From an uncultured archaeon (GTDB lineage: Archaea; Thermoproteota; Nitrososphaeria; Nitrososphaerales; Gagatemarchaeaceae), in the NCBI GenBank assembly GCA_963817525.1, contig CAWFOU010000001.1:384001-448000 (forward strand): DNA of 64,000 nt. Direction: 5' to 3'. Positions 55,126 to 64,000 of the stretch are shown here, in pieces. The stretch's first letter is position 1. Each line of letters starts with the position of its first letter. The position numbers and the translations under genes are program-made. The notes under the pieces were generated by a model. The model was not told the origin of the DNA, made no database searches, and saw only the letters and a program-made list of their open reading frames with translations.

Positions 55126-56348
55126 GTGGTGATTAAATACTGACCACGACTTTATGGACGTGAGAGTCGTAAAGGGAGTCAAGTTCGCCTATACGGCGAC
55201 TCCTCAATCTCGAGAACTCCTTTCCACGTTCAGGGATATGGTCAACGACGCAATCCGAATCTGCCTTGCGGAGAACATCGAGGGACGATTGAAGCTCAGG
55301 GACAGAATCTACAAGGATCTTCAAGATCGATGTGGCGCCGTCTCCTGCCTCCCATACGCCGTCGCTGAAGTCGCCTGGTCAATCGTCAAGAAGCACAAGA
55401 ATTGGCATAGGAAGCCCCATGCGAAAAGGTTGATGTTCAAGATGGACGCCGCAAACATCACACTCAATTACTCCATCCTCTCCCTCCCCTTTAGAAAGGG
55501 AGAGCGGATTCTGATCCCCTTGCGATACGGCGAGTATCAAAGGTCATTCCTGATGGACAAGACGCTCAAGCGTGGCTCCGTCACGATGACGGAGTCGTCA
55601 ATCGTCATCGCCTTCTCGAAGGAGCCTGTAATTGCAGAACCGTCGAGGAAGGTCGGCTACGACCTCAACGAGAAATCAATCGTTGGAAGCGACGGGACTA
55701 CGCACGACCTTTCTGAGGTCGCTCGCCTCCACACCCTCTATGGGATAAGGCGCGCCAAGTTCTACGAGAGACATCCCAATGACAAGCGTCTGAAGAAGAA
55801 GTTCGCAGGCTCTCGAAGAGAGAAGGAGCGCGTGACCCAAGCCCTCCACAGGGTCTCGACGCTGATAGTGGAGAAGGCGAGGGCGAACAAGGAGGCGATC
55901 GTCCTCGAGAATCTCAAAGGCATCAGATATGTCCACCAGAAGAGGAACGGAGAAAGAAGGGGGACTCGCCGAAGAATCGCCTTGTGGCCGTTCCACCAGC
56001 TGCAATCATACATCGAGTACAAAGCAAGGTGGGCCGGAGTCCCGCTCGAGTACGTCTCTGCAGCTTACACTTCGAAGACGTGCAACCTCTGCGGGTACCT
56101 CAACAGAAAGCTGAAGGCAACTGATAGAAGCTGGCGATGCCCTAATTGTGGTGCCATGCTCGACCGCGACCCCAACTCTGCCATAAACATCGAGCGTCGC
56201 GGGAAGATAAGATGTCTGGGTGAGGCTCACCCAGAAGCGCGGGGCACAGATGAAGCAGTGAAGGGGAACGAGACGACGAAGGCTCGAATCCTCCAAGCCG
56301 AAGCCCTGGAGTCTGGCCTACAACATCTCCCGTAGACCGGACAGAGTC
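55126..56348 (+). mobile_element. Non-autonomous IS200/IS605-type element carrying only tnpB; ends approximate
   Basis: tnpB without tnpA between host genes; short hairpin GTGGT...ACCAC (55126-55147) upstream; ends not precisely identified. Confidence 0.6.
55154..56335 (+). CDS. tnpB: RNA-guided endonuclease TnpB
   Basis: RuvC D (GYDLNE), E (IVLENL) and D (DRDPNSAINI); YTSKTCNLC...CPNCG Zn finger. Confidence 0.93.
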   Translation: MDVRVVKGVKFAYTATPQSRELLSTFRDMVNDAIRICLAENIEGRLKLRDRIYKDLQDRCGAVSCLPYAVAEVAWSIVKKHKNWHRKPHAKRLMFKMDAANITLNYSILSLPFRKGERILIPLRYGEYQRSFLMDKTLKRGSVTMTESSIVIAFSKEPVIAEPSRKVGYDLNEKSIVGSDGTTHDLSEVARLHTLYGIRRAKFYERHPNDKRLKKKFAGSRREKERVTQALHRVSTLIVEKARANKEAIVLENLKGIRYVHQKRNGERRGTRRRIALWPFHQLQSYIEYKARWAGVPLEYVSAAYTSKTCNLCGYLNRKLKATDRSWRCPNCGAMLDRDPNSAINIERRGKIRCLGEAHPEARGTDEAVKGNETTKARILQAEALESGLQHLP

Positions 56349-56399
56349 TAAATAAGCGTCGCATCTTTACACCGCCTCCGCTTGACGTGCCGCCCTTCT

Positions 56400-56655
56400 T
56401 CCATGAGGAAGGATTCCACTGGATGAGGGTTCCTTCCTGGACGACCACAAAAGGGTAGTAAGCCCAACTCATGCCCCGGAATCACAGTAAAGGGCACGCT
56501 CGTAATCCGCTGGTCGCAAGGGCAGCCTGTCGCGCTGTGAAATCCGGGATGACCCAATGGAGGGTTGGAGGCAAACTCCAACCACCTAAGAGGGAGAATA
56601 GGGTTGGCTACGCCAGGCCTAAGTTTACGGAGCCCTGCATCAACAATTGTTGAGC
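56400..56655. ncRNA. Candidate structured non-coding RNA, family not recognised
   Basis: At least five compatible helices, including GCAA- and GCAAA-capped hairpins, in an intergenic gap downstream of a TATA-like TAAATAA (~56349). Confidence 0.5.
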
Positions 56656-56699
56656 CCGCCTCTTCTAAGGCCCATGCTCGTCACTCAGCCCAACACGCG

Positions 56700-57428
56700 A
56701 TGGAAAGCCTCGAGCACCGGCCCAGAGGACTTGCTAGCTTGGTTTCCAGAGCGGATGCTGTGGCCCTGGTCGCGACACTGCCCCAGAACAACAGCGAATA
56801 CGCGTCCGCGGCGGCCCAGGCTGGTGCCGACGCCATAATGGTCGGAATAGACAAGACCGACACCTCGCTGCCTGGCCTCTTCGGCAGCTTCGATCTCATG
56901 GAGGAGTCGATCGATTCCATCCTGAGCACGACCAGCGTCCCTGTCGGCATATCGATCGGGGACTCGAGGCCGTTGATCGAGGAGAACTGGGAGAGGATAG
57001 TCTCAAAGCCGTTCGAGTTCGTGAACATGTTCGCCCACCACATGCCTCCCTTCGTCCTTGAGGACGAGAGGATAGAGAAGCTGGTCTCGATCGGCTCGGG
57101 GTACATGCTCGAGCAGGTCAAGAGCCTCTCCGAGATAGAAGGCGTGACCGCCCTCGAGGCCGCGATCGTCGCGCCCCAGGGGAGGAACCACATCTTCAGC
57201 GCGCTCGACCTCGCCACCCTTGGAGTGCTTACCAGCCTCTCCACGAAGCCCGTCCTGATGAGGACCCAGAAGAAGATGGGCCCAAAGGACATCAAAAGCG
57301 CGATGAGGTCGGGGGTGCGCGGAATAAGCGTCGACGCAGCCGCCCTCGAGCCCGGGATCGAAGCATATAGGGACGCCATTCTGACCTTCAGGTCTCAAGT
57401 GAATCCCCCTGCCCAATCCCAATCGTAA
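56700..57428 (+). CDS. Hypothetical protein, probable TIM-barrel fold
   Basis: ATG 56700; alternating beta/alpha pattern (AAAQAGADAIMV, VPVGISIG, GVRGISV); host-like codons. Confidence 0.7.
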   Translation: MESLEHRPRGLASLVSRADAVALVATLPQNNSEYASAAAQAGADAIMVGIDKTDTSLPGLFGSFDLMEESIDSILSTTSVPVGISIGDSRPLIEENWERIVSKPFEFVNMFAHHMPPFVLEDERIEKLVSIGSGYMLEQVKSLSEIEGVTALEAAIVAPQGRNHIFSALDLATLGVLTSLSTKPVLMRTQKKMGPKDIKSAMRSGVRGISVDAAALEPGIEAYRDAILTFRSQVNPPAQSQS

Positions 57429-58140
57429 GGCCCCGGTCAAGGCCGTGATACTGTGCGGGGGACTCGGCACCAGGCTGAGGCCTTACACGCTCTTTCTTCC
57501 AAAGCCTATGCTCCCTGTGGGCCCAAAGCCCATCCTGGAGCACATACTCGACTGGCTGAAGGCCAACGGCATCACCGACGTCGTGATAGCGACCGGGTAC
57601 CTGGGGAGGTACATCGAGCAGTACTTCGGGGAGGGGGGTGACTTTGGTATGCGGATCGAGTACGCCCGCTCCGACAAGCCCCTGGGCCACGCCGGGCAGC
57701 TAAAGTCGGCGGAGAAGCTCCTGCCCGAGACCTTCCTCTGCCTCTACGGCGACGCGATCCTCGACTTTGACCTCAAGAAGCTGCTCGAGTTCCACGCAAA
57801 GAAGAGGGCCTTCGTCACGATGGCCATCATGAAGTTTGAGACCCAGATGAAGTACGGGGTGATCTCCACCAACGCGCAAGGGCGGATCTCAAGGTGGAAG
57901 GAAAAGCCGGTGATCGCCAGCGACATCAACGTGGGCTGCTACGTGATCGAGAAGAAGTTCCTCGGCTACATACCCAGAGGAGAAGTGTACGGGATGAAGG
58001 AGGCCTTCAGGAGCGCGATGAAGGACGACAAGCCGGTCTACGCCCTCAGGGTGAAGGGGGAGTTCACCGACATCGGAGACATCGCGGCCCACAAGGAAGC
58101 CGACAAGGCCTACATCGCGCGATACGGAAAGATACCCTGA
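57409..58140 (+). CDS. Nucleotidyltransferase (NDP-sugar pyrophosphorylase, mannose-1-phosphate guanylyltransferase-like)
   Basis: KAVILCGGLGTRLRPYT..PKPMLP, PLG.AG and YGD; KAV lies upstream of the called GTG, so the start is uncertain. Confidence 0.92.
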   Translation: MPNPNRKAPVKAVILCGGLGTRLRPYTLFLPKPMLPVGPKPILEHILDWLKANGITDVVIATGYLGRYIEQYFGEGGDFGMRIEYARSDKPLGHAGQLKSAEKLLPETFLCLYGDAILDFDLKKLLEFHAKKRAFVTMAIMKFETQMKYGVISTNAQGRISRWKEKPVIASDINVGCYVIEKKFLGYIPRGEVYGMKEAFRSAMKDDKPVYALRVKGEFTDIGDIAAHKEADKAYIARYGKIP

Positions 58141-58247
58141 CCTCCGGCGCCGCTGCGGGGCGGCAGGGATGTATCGGCGCTGCGTTTAATACCGATGGCA
58201 AAGGACAAACGCGCGCAAATCTAGGATACCACGAGTGCCCATAAACG

Positions 58248-59297
58248 ATGCCACAGGACCCACTATCTCCGCAAGCAATAGCGCGAGCGGACCCGAAGAA
58301 CATCTATCGAGTGTTTGAGGCCTGGCCGCGGTTCGCGGAGCAGGAGTCCTCACTCTCGGTCGAGGTCGGGTCTCGCCATTTCGACCGCGTCATCTACGTT
58401 GCGAACGGGGGCTCCGCCTCTGCGGGGGACATCATCGCAGACTGGTTCTTGGCCTCCGGCGGCGTGGAGGTTAGCGTCTTCAAGGGCTACCTCCCGAAGG
58501 TCAACCTCGCAAGGGCGTTCGTCCTGGTCTGCAGCACCTCAGGAAGCACCGAGGAGACCATCCTGCTCATGAGGAGGCTCGCCCTCAAGAAGGCGGCCAT
58601 GGTCGCGATCTCTTCGGGCGGTAAGCTCCAACAGCTCGCCATGGAGCTGAAGGTGCCGCACATCACTATCCCCATCGAGATGGCCCCCCGGTACTCCCTG
58701 CCCCACGTGCTCTTCGCGGCCATCGCGGCCCTTCGGAGCGCGGGGCTCGTGGGTGAGAAGAAGTGGCGGGAGGTGCGGGATGCCATCGAGTGCATGAAGA
58801 AGGTCGCGCCCTCGCTCGCCTCGAACTCCCCCATATCGCAGAACCCATCGAAGCAGTGTGCCCAACTGGTCGCCCCTTCCGGTGTCCTTCCCAAGATCTA
58901 CGGCTCTTCGGTGACCAAGAGCGTCGCGGAGCGGTTCAAGACCTGCCTCAACGAGAACGCCAAGATGAACGCGGCGTGGGACTCCGGTCCGGAGCTATTC
59001 CACAACGAGGTAGAATGCTGGGAGACGCCCGAGAGGAAGATGGTCCCGATATTCCTCCGTCACACCGCCGAGCCGAAGTACGAGAGGATGAGGTTCGACT
59101 CGTTCATCGACATCCTGGGCATGAAGGGGATAAGGAGCCTTGAGATATGGGGCAAGGGGAAGGGCAACCTGGCGCAGCTCATCACTCTTGACTACCAGAC
59201 CGATTTTGCGACCTACTACGCCGCGATACTCCGGGGGGTCGACCCCTCGAGCATCAAGCTCATCGACAGGCTAAAGTCGACGGTCGCCGGCCCCTAG
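58248..59297 (+). CDS. Bifunctional phosphoglucose/phosphomannose isomerase (double SIS)
   Basis: GGS..GD, S.SGSTEET, SSGG, PR, RFK..LNENAK and PELFHNE. Confidence 0.9.
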   Translation: MPQDPLSPQAIARADPKNIYRVFEAWPRFAEQESSLSVEVGSRHFDRVIYVANGGSASAGDIIADWFLASGGVEVSVFKGYLPKVNLARAFVLVCSTSGSTEETILLMRRLALKKAAMVAISSGGKLQQLAMELKVPHITIPIEMAPRYSLPHVLFAAIAALRSAGLVGEKKWREVRDAIECMKKVAPSLASNSPISQNPSKQCAQLVAPSGVLPKIYGSSVTKSVAERFKTCLNENAKMNAAWDSGPELFHNEVECWETPERKMVPIFLRHTAEPKYERMRFDSFIDILGMKGIRSLEIWGKGKGNLAQLITLDYQTDFATYYAAILRGVDPSSIKLIDRLKSTVAGP

Positions 59298-59299
59298 CG

Positions 59300-60337
59300 C
59301 TAGGTGATGCCGACGAGGTGGGCGAGCTCCCTCCTGCTCGCCGCTCCCAGCTGCTCCGCGGCGAGCTCCGGGGATATCTCGTTGACGAACACTCCCGAGC
59401 CGAGCTCCAGCCCGGAAAAGGTGGAGACGCGCGGATAGACCTCGAAGTGCCAGTGGATTTGCTTCGTCGTCTTCTTCTCCGAGGAGTTGTGGACTACCAG
59501 GTTGAACGCGCAGTCGCCCAGGACCTTGGCCATGCCTCCAAGGGTGGCGCGGAGTATGAGGGCGAGGTCCATGAGCTCCTTCTGGGATAGCTTCAGCATG
59601 CTGGTCTGGTGCCGTTTGGGGTATATCCAGAACTCGTAGGCGTGTGCGGAGGCCCACGGGGCGAAGGCGATGAAGTACTCCGTGGAGAGGATCTGCCTCG
59701 GCCCCCCGGTCTCCGACGCCACCACTTGGCACATGGGGCATATGCCTAGCTCGTTGAGCGAGTTTTGGACGGTGACCGCCTCGGACTCGACCGCCGGCGG
59801 CAGCCTAGGAATCGTGACCATCTGGATGTGGGGGTGGTCGACCGTGGCCCCGGCGAGCTTGCCCTGGTTGATGAATATCGCAACATATCCCACGCCTCTC
59901 TGGGCGTAGAGCCAGCGCGTCTTGTCCTGCAGGGTCGCCAGCACGTTGGTCCACTGGTCGATGTCCAGCTTGGGGAACGTCAGGTCGTGCTTCGGCGTCG
60001 CGACGAGGATGTAGTGGTACCCGACCGCCGGCTCGCTGTAGTGGGGCGCCTCGCCATATGAGGGTGCGGCGTTCGGCGTCACTATGGGGAACTTGTCAGG
60101 GAAGACGCGCACGATCCAGCCGCGGACGGGGTCCCCCTCCGAGTCGGTCTGCTTCACGAGGGTGTCCCCCATCTTCACGACGACGAGGTCAGCCTGCGCG
60201 GTCATCTCCTCGTTGCCCGGGCAGTAGGGGCACTTGGTCCCATGGTCGGAATACGGCTTGAGCTGAGAGCGCGCGCCTCTGTCAGACGTGACGATGGAGA
60301 GCTTGTCGGTAAAGTAATCTTTCCTTATCTCGACCAT
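59300..60337 (-). CDS. galT: Galactose-1-phosphate uridylyltransferase-family (GalT/HIT) protein
   Basis: EIRKD, CPYCPGNE, GAT..HPHIQ and HWHFEVYPR; ATG 60337. Confidence 0.88.
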   Translation of the reverse strand: MVEIRKDYFTDKLSIVTSDRGARSQLKPYSDHGTKCPYCPGNEEMTAQADLVVVKMGDTLVKQTDSEGDPVRGWIVRVFPDKFPIVTPNAAPSYGEAPHYSEPAVGYHYILVATPKHDLTFPKLDIDQWTNVLATLQDKTRWLYAQRGVGYVAIFINQGKLAGATVDHPHIQMVTIPRLPPAVESEAVTVQNSLNELGICPMCQVVASETGGPRQILSTEYFIAFAPWASAHAYEFWIYPKRHQTSMLKLSQKELMDLALILRATLGGMAKVLGDCAFNLVVHNSSEKKTTKQIHWHFEVYPRVSTFSGLELGSGVFVNEISPELAAEQLGAASRRELAHLVGIT

Positions 60338-60426
60338 AGGTAGCGCGTGTGTTGTTCGAAACGATATATTACTTCTCCGCACTGCGAGCCCGGGTGCGAC
60401 TTCCGAGGTAGAGATGCCGCTCGGTG

Positions 60427-60795
60427 CTAGTCCATCGAGCGCCGAAGCCCGAGCCTATAGCCCCCGGCGACCGCCAGGCGGATCTCCCTCCCGTCGTGGA
60501 AGAGGTCGAAAGAGACGAGGCCCAGCCCAACGGCTAACACGCCGACGACGGCCCATCCGATCCAAGGGTACAGAAACGCGACGACCATCATCATCACGAA
60601 CGCGGTGATGCCTCCCGCCTGCATGACGGTCCAGCCTGCATCCTCCCCAAGCCATCTCGTGAGGCACCTGGCTACGAAGCTGTCTTCTTCAAAATCAGCG
60701 AGGGGCATCCTCCTATTCAACCTGATCAGCCGGTCGTCAGCGATCGCCAATGCGACCCCAAGGATGGACGCAAGGACGATGGCCAAGTCTACCAT
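60427..60795 (-). CDS. Small membrane protein, unknown function
   Basis: 122 aa with three hydrophobic segments. Confidence 0.55.
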   Translation of the reverse strand: MVDLAIVLASILGVALAIADDRLIRLNRRMPLADFEEDSFVARCLTRWLGEDAGWTVMQAGGITAFVMMMVVAFLYPWIGWAVVGVLAVGLGLVSFDLFHDGREIRLAVAGGYRLGLRRSMD

Positions 60796-61149
60796 GTGTC
60801 ACGCGTCTCCCAGGCCTCGCGGCGGTCTTTCGCTTCCGTGACAATCGTCGGCATCTCGCTTCGACGTCTTTCGCATGGGGTTGTCGCGCTTTATACCACG
60901 TAGAAGGCAAATCACGTGCCGAAGACATGCAGCCATAACCTCCAGCCAGGCTCTATGTTTTCATAGAGAAATTGCACATTTCTGGGGCTGATTATCCACT
61001 TGTTCTAAACTCGGGGGGTGCGTCTTCCGCGACCTCGAGGAAAAGGCCGTCGTGGGATGAGGCCGCCCAGGCCTCGGGTTCACCCCCCGGCCTAGAAGCA
61101 TGACGACGGCGAGGGCATCCCGAGGCCCAGGCGAAATTCTGCGCGATGG

Positions 61150-61190
61150 GAAAGAAAAAGGATGGAGGATGCCCCCGCAGGGGCACCCGC
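61150..61190 (-). terminator. GC hairpin plus T-rich tract downstream of PQQ paralog 2
   Basis: Minus strand GCGGGTGCCCC-TGCG-GGGGCATCC...TCCTTTTTCTTT, homologous to 47154-47195. Confidence 0.6.
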
Positions 61191-61206
61191 TGTTTTGGTT
61201 GCCTCC

Positions 61207-63651
61207 CTAGGAGGCGGGCTTCCTGCCACGCATGGCAAGATAGCCCGAGACGATGATGAAGATCACGGCGACTGCCGCTACTCCATACAATGCTGTGGAG
61301 CTGACTCCTGTGCTAGACGTCGAGATGACCGTTGTGATTGATGTCGATGTGGCTGTCGTTGCGGAAACGCTGACACTGGTCGTAGTGCTGACGACCGTTG
61401 TGGTGCTAGTGCTGGCGGTGCTTGGCGGTGGAGTCGACAGCGTCAGGGCAACGATGTCTCCTGGCGTTGAGCCCGGACACGTCGATACGGCCTCGAAGCT
61501 GCAAGTCCCTACAGGTAGCAGGATGTACTCCTGCCCGCTGACTGCCGCTCCAATCGACACGCTAACGTCCATGGGTGCGCCGATGTAGTAGTCTCTGATG
61601 AGCGCGCCCGTCAGGGCGTTCACCATCGTGACGTCGCCCGAGGACAGCACATTGTAGACTACATTGCCGCTGACGTCGGTCTGACCGCGGTACCCCTGTA
61701 GCGATGCTACCGGGTAGTGCCAGTTGACGACTCCGGTGTTAGCGTTGATGGACCAGAGTGTGGCGTTGTTGGTGTCCAAGCTGCAGTTGGGACATACGGC
61801 CGCTCCGAACCCAGTCGCAGAGAAGTAGGTTGACGAGTTCAGTCCGGCGTAGCCCGTGTAGAGAGGCACCAAGTGCGAGGTGGCGTAGATTGTATCCGTG
61901 GTCGGGTTGAACGCCTGCTCGTCCTCGAAGCCCGCAAGCGCCGATGGCCACTGGAGATACGGAGGTTGGGAGCCCCTCTCGCACGAGATTGTCCATGTTG
62001 GAGCGCAGTTGGTCACTGCTGTGGGGAAGTCTGCTTCCGTGAAGCTCGCGTTGAGTGGGTTGAATGGGTAGCACAACGGGCACCTACTCGATCCGGGCGA
62101 CTCTACACCCGCTGGTGGGTCCCACGCCCAGATCAAGTTGCCTGTCAAGGCGTTGATCTCGAAGAGGTATCCGTCCTTGCACGTCTTCAGGATGACCTCG
62201 GTGTTGACGCCAGACAGGGTGACGTTGGCCAGTGCTTGGTACCAGGAGCAGTCGTAGTCCCAGTTGTCGTGTGTGGTAGTCTGGAAGCCCCAGACTATCT
62301 GGCCTGTTTCAATGTTGAGTCCGAGGACTGAAGCTGACCAGAGGTCAGGTCCTGGCGTGCAAGGTCCTGCGAACGGGTCCTTGTTGTTCGTCCCTAGGAA
62401 GACCATGCCTGCGGTCTGGCCGGAGCCGACCACCCAAGCGCCGCCCCATGCGGAGCCTGTGGAGCCCGTAGAGCCGCCGCCGTCTATGCTGAGGCACTGC
62501 GAGGTCTGGTCAGACTGTCCCCAGTCGTTGTAAAGGGTTGTGTTGAGTTGTGTCGGTGACAGGCTCTTCCAGTTGACGACGATGTCGTTGTTGTTGTTGA
62601 CGAGCAGGCCTCCTGCCACCTCGGTCGGGGTGGTGTACCCGTTGGTAGAGCCGTTCTCACCAGGGTAGAAGGTCGATGCCGCTGACATGTTGGCGATGAG
62701 CTGCTGGTCGAAGTATGGGTTCAGCGACGCCGTTGGGCTCCCTGGTTGGGGAGGAACGTCGTAGGTGATCCACTTCATAGAGACCGGGTTGGTGTTCAGG
62801 TTCCATCCCGCGAAGAAGCCTCTTCCGTTGTCGGCGTCGATCTCAGCGTCGTGGCCAGACACCAGGATGCCCAGCGTCGGGTTGATGACGATGTTCGAGG
62901 AGCCGATCCCGTTGTAGATGCTCTGCGGGTTGTTGCCGGCGACCATGTTGAGGCCGGTGAAGTCGGAGAAGTTGAGCTCCTCCTTCCCGTTGATAGCGTT
63001 GATTGCATAGACGCGGTTGTTCTCTCCCTGGTACCACAGCGTCGGGCCGGACACGCCGGAGCCGAACGTAGCTGTGGAGAACCACTCGTTGCCGTCGTGG
63101 GTGTGCAGGGGTACAGGTCCTGTGGCCTGTCCTTGGGTCTGGTTGACCGCGAGGGGCGAGAGGAAGGTCCAGAGGACGTCGCCATTGGCGACATTGAAGG
63201 CGATGGTCTGGTCGAAGCTGGTGGTGGCGAATGCGGTGCCGTTGACGATGATGATTGCCATGCCCACGCCCGGAATTCCGCCTGCTGTAAGCGCGCTCAA
63301 CGAGGTCGGAAATGAGGGCAGTGGATAGATCCAAGCTAATCCAAGATACTGGACGTTCGAGCTGTTGATCTGGGTCTGCGGGTTGTAGTCCTGGTTGAAG
63401 GCGTTGCCGTTCGGGAACTCCCAGTTCGCCTCCGCCTGGGTCAGCGCCGGCTGGGCTGCGACTGGTGCCGCGGCCGAGGGCGCTGCCGTGTTGGTGGTGG
63501 CAGCTGCGGGGTTCATGAGCACCGAGGCGCCGATGCCTGAGATGATGAAAAGAAGACTGAGTGCGATTGCGCGGATTGATGTATTGCTTAATGTTTTCTT
63601 AATACTTTTCCTAAATGCTTTCGTTAAATCTTTCGGTAATTCCTTCGTCAT
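61207..63651 (-). CDS. Membrane-anchored PQQ-dependent dehydrogenase-like beta-propeller protein, paralog 2
   Basis: Colinear with and highly similar to 44685-47135; start set at MTKELPK by alignment; HDNWDYD motif. Confidence 0.85.
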   Translation of the reverse strand: MTKELPKDLTKAFRKSIKKTLSNTSIRAIALSLLFIISGIGASVLMNPAAATTNTAAPSAAAPVAAQPALTQAEANWEFPNGNAFNQDYNPQTQINSSNVQYLGLAWIYPLPSFPTSLSALTAGGIPGVGMAIIIVNGTAFATTSFDQTIAFNVANGDVLWTFLSPLAVNQTQGQATGPVPLHTHDGNEWFSTATFGSGVSGPTLWYQGENNRVYAINAINGKEELNFSDFTGLNMVAGNNPQSIYNGIGSSNIVINPTLGILVSGHDAEIDADNGRGFFAGWNLNTNPVSMKWITYDVPPQPGSPTASLNPYFDQQLIANMSAASTFYPGENGSTNGYTTPTEVAGGLLVNNNNDIVVNWKSLSPTQLNTTLYNDWGQSDQTSQCLSIDGGGSTGSTGSAWGGAWVVGSGQTAGMVFLGTNNKDPFAGPCTPGPDLWSASVLGLNIETGQIVWGFQTTTHDNWDYDCSWYQALANVTLSGVNTEVILKTCKDGYLFEINALTGNLIWAWDPPAGVESPGSSRCPLCYPFNPLNASFTEADFPTAVTNCAPTWTISCERGSQPPYLQWPSALAGFEDEQAFNPTTDTIYATSHLVPLYTGYAGLNSSTYFSATGFGAAVCPNCSLDTNNATLWSINANTGVVNWHYPVASLQGYRGQTDVSGNVVYNVLSSGDVTMVNALTGALIRDYYIGAPMDVSVSIGAAVSGQEYILLPVGTCSFEAVSTCPGSTPGDIVALTLSTPPPSTASTSTTTVVSTTTSVSVSATTATSTSITTVISTSSTGVSSTALYGVAAVAVIFIIVSGYLAMRGRKPAS

Positions 63652-63847
63652 CAGCCCCATTTGAATTAACATCCGATATTTAGATATTACATAAATGCAG
63701 AAATTCGTCATCTGCCTAAGCTCGGCGATTATGCAAGGGTCATGCCACTCTTAACGCTTCGGGAATGGCGGGGCTTTTTTTTGGGCTCATGGTCCAAGCG
63801 TTGCTGCTATGGTTATAAGCGTCCGGAGCGCCGTATCTAAGATTTAC

Positions 63848-64000
63848 TTGGTAAATAGCGGGCAGGTCATGGATGCCCTCAGGGGAGTGAAGGACCCCGA
63901 GCTTCACAGGGACGTGGTCTCCCTGGGCATGGTAGAAGACCTCAAGGTCGACGGCGGAACTGTCTCTTTCACGCTGAATCTCACGACTCCGGCCTGCCCT
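63848..64000 (+). CDS. Fe-S cluster assembly (DUF59-domain) protein, probably the N-terminus of an Mrp/NBP35 carrier; partial
   Basis: VMDALRGVKDPELHRDVVSLGMV...FTLNLTTPACP. Confidence 0.85.
   Translation, partial: MVNSGQVMDALRGVKDPELHRDVVSLGMVEDLKVDGGTVSFTLNLTTPACP

Noticed and set aside
55113-56364. Near-direct repeat AAGCGTC(T)GCAT on both sides of tnpB as a target-site duplication
   Set aside because: It is imperfect (one indel) and IS200/IS605 elements do not create duplications; treated as probable coincidence.
56400-56655. RNase P RNA or SRP RNA identity
   Set aside because: GAGGAAGG and GCCAGG resemble fragments of their motifs, but the P4 pairing and the GGAA/AGCA helix-8 signature could not be found.

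Overview
GC-rich archaeal chromosome segment, most likely from Nitrososphaerota (Thaumarchaeota). This is inferred from S25e, S26e, Alba, Rpo6, archaeal ThrRS/ProRS, the tRNA splicing endonuclease, a TackOD1-type protein and cofCDE. Most of the window is housekeeping or metabolic. The main find is a ~5.4 kb integrated element (1214-6621) bounded by a duplicated 9-bp ATATTTATA core. That core sits at the TATA-box position of a host gene, not in a tRNA. The element's tyrosine integrase gene is split by integration: int-N (1214-1375) and int-C (5455-6621) rejoin in frame through the core (codons Y-K-Y) if the element circularises. The reconstructed junction is a 12-6-12 inverted-repeat recombination site. 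The element also carries an IS91-like HUH replication protein, a ribbon-helix-helix regulator, two membrane-anchored cargo proteins and a pair of structured direct repeats bracketing one cargo gene. Elsewhere there is an IS5-family element with terminal inverted repeats and an 8-bp target duplication, and a solo tnpB followed by an unexplained, highly structured ~250-nt non-coding region. The window also has a 3619-aa repetitive surface protein, two inverted paralogous membrane-anchored PQQ-dehydrogenase-like genes flanking a 14-kb segment, and an HTH plus solute-binding-domain regulator with a palindromic operator in front of a nucleobase permease. There are two single-base frameshifts and several conserved genes that appear to need non-canonical (CTG-type) starts. 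No tRNA, rRNA or CRISPR array was recognised. All family assignments come from motif recognition by eye; no database search was run.
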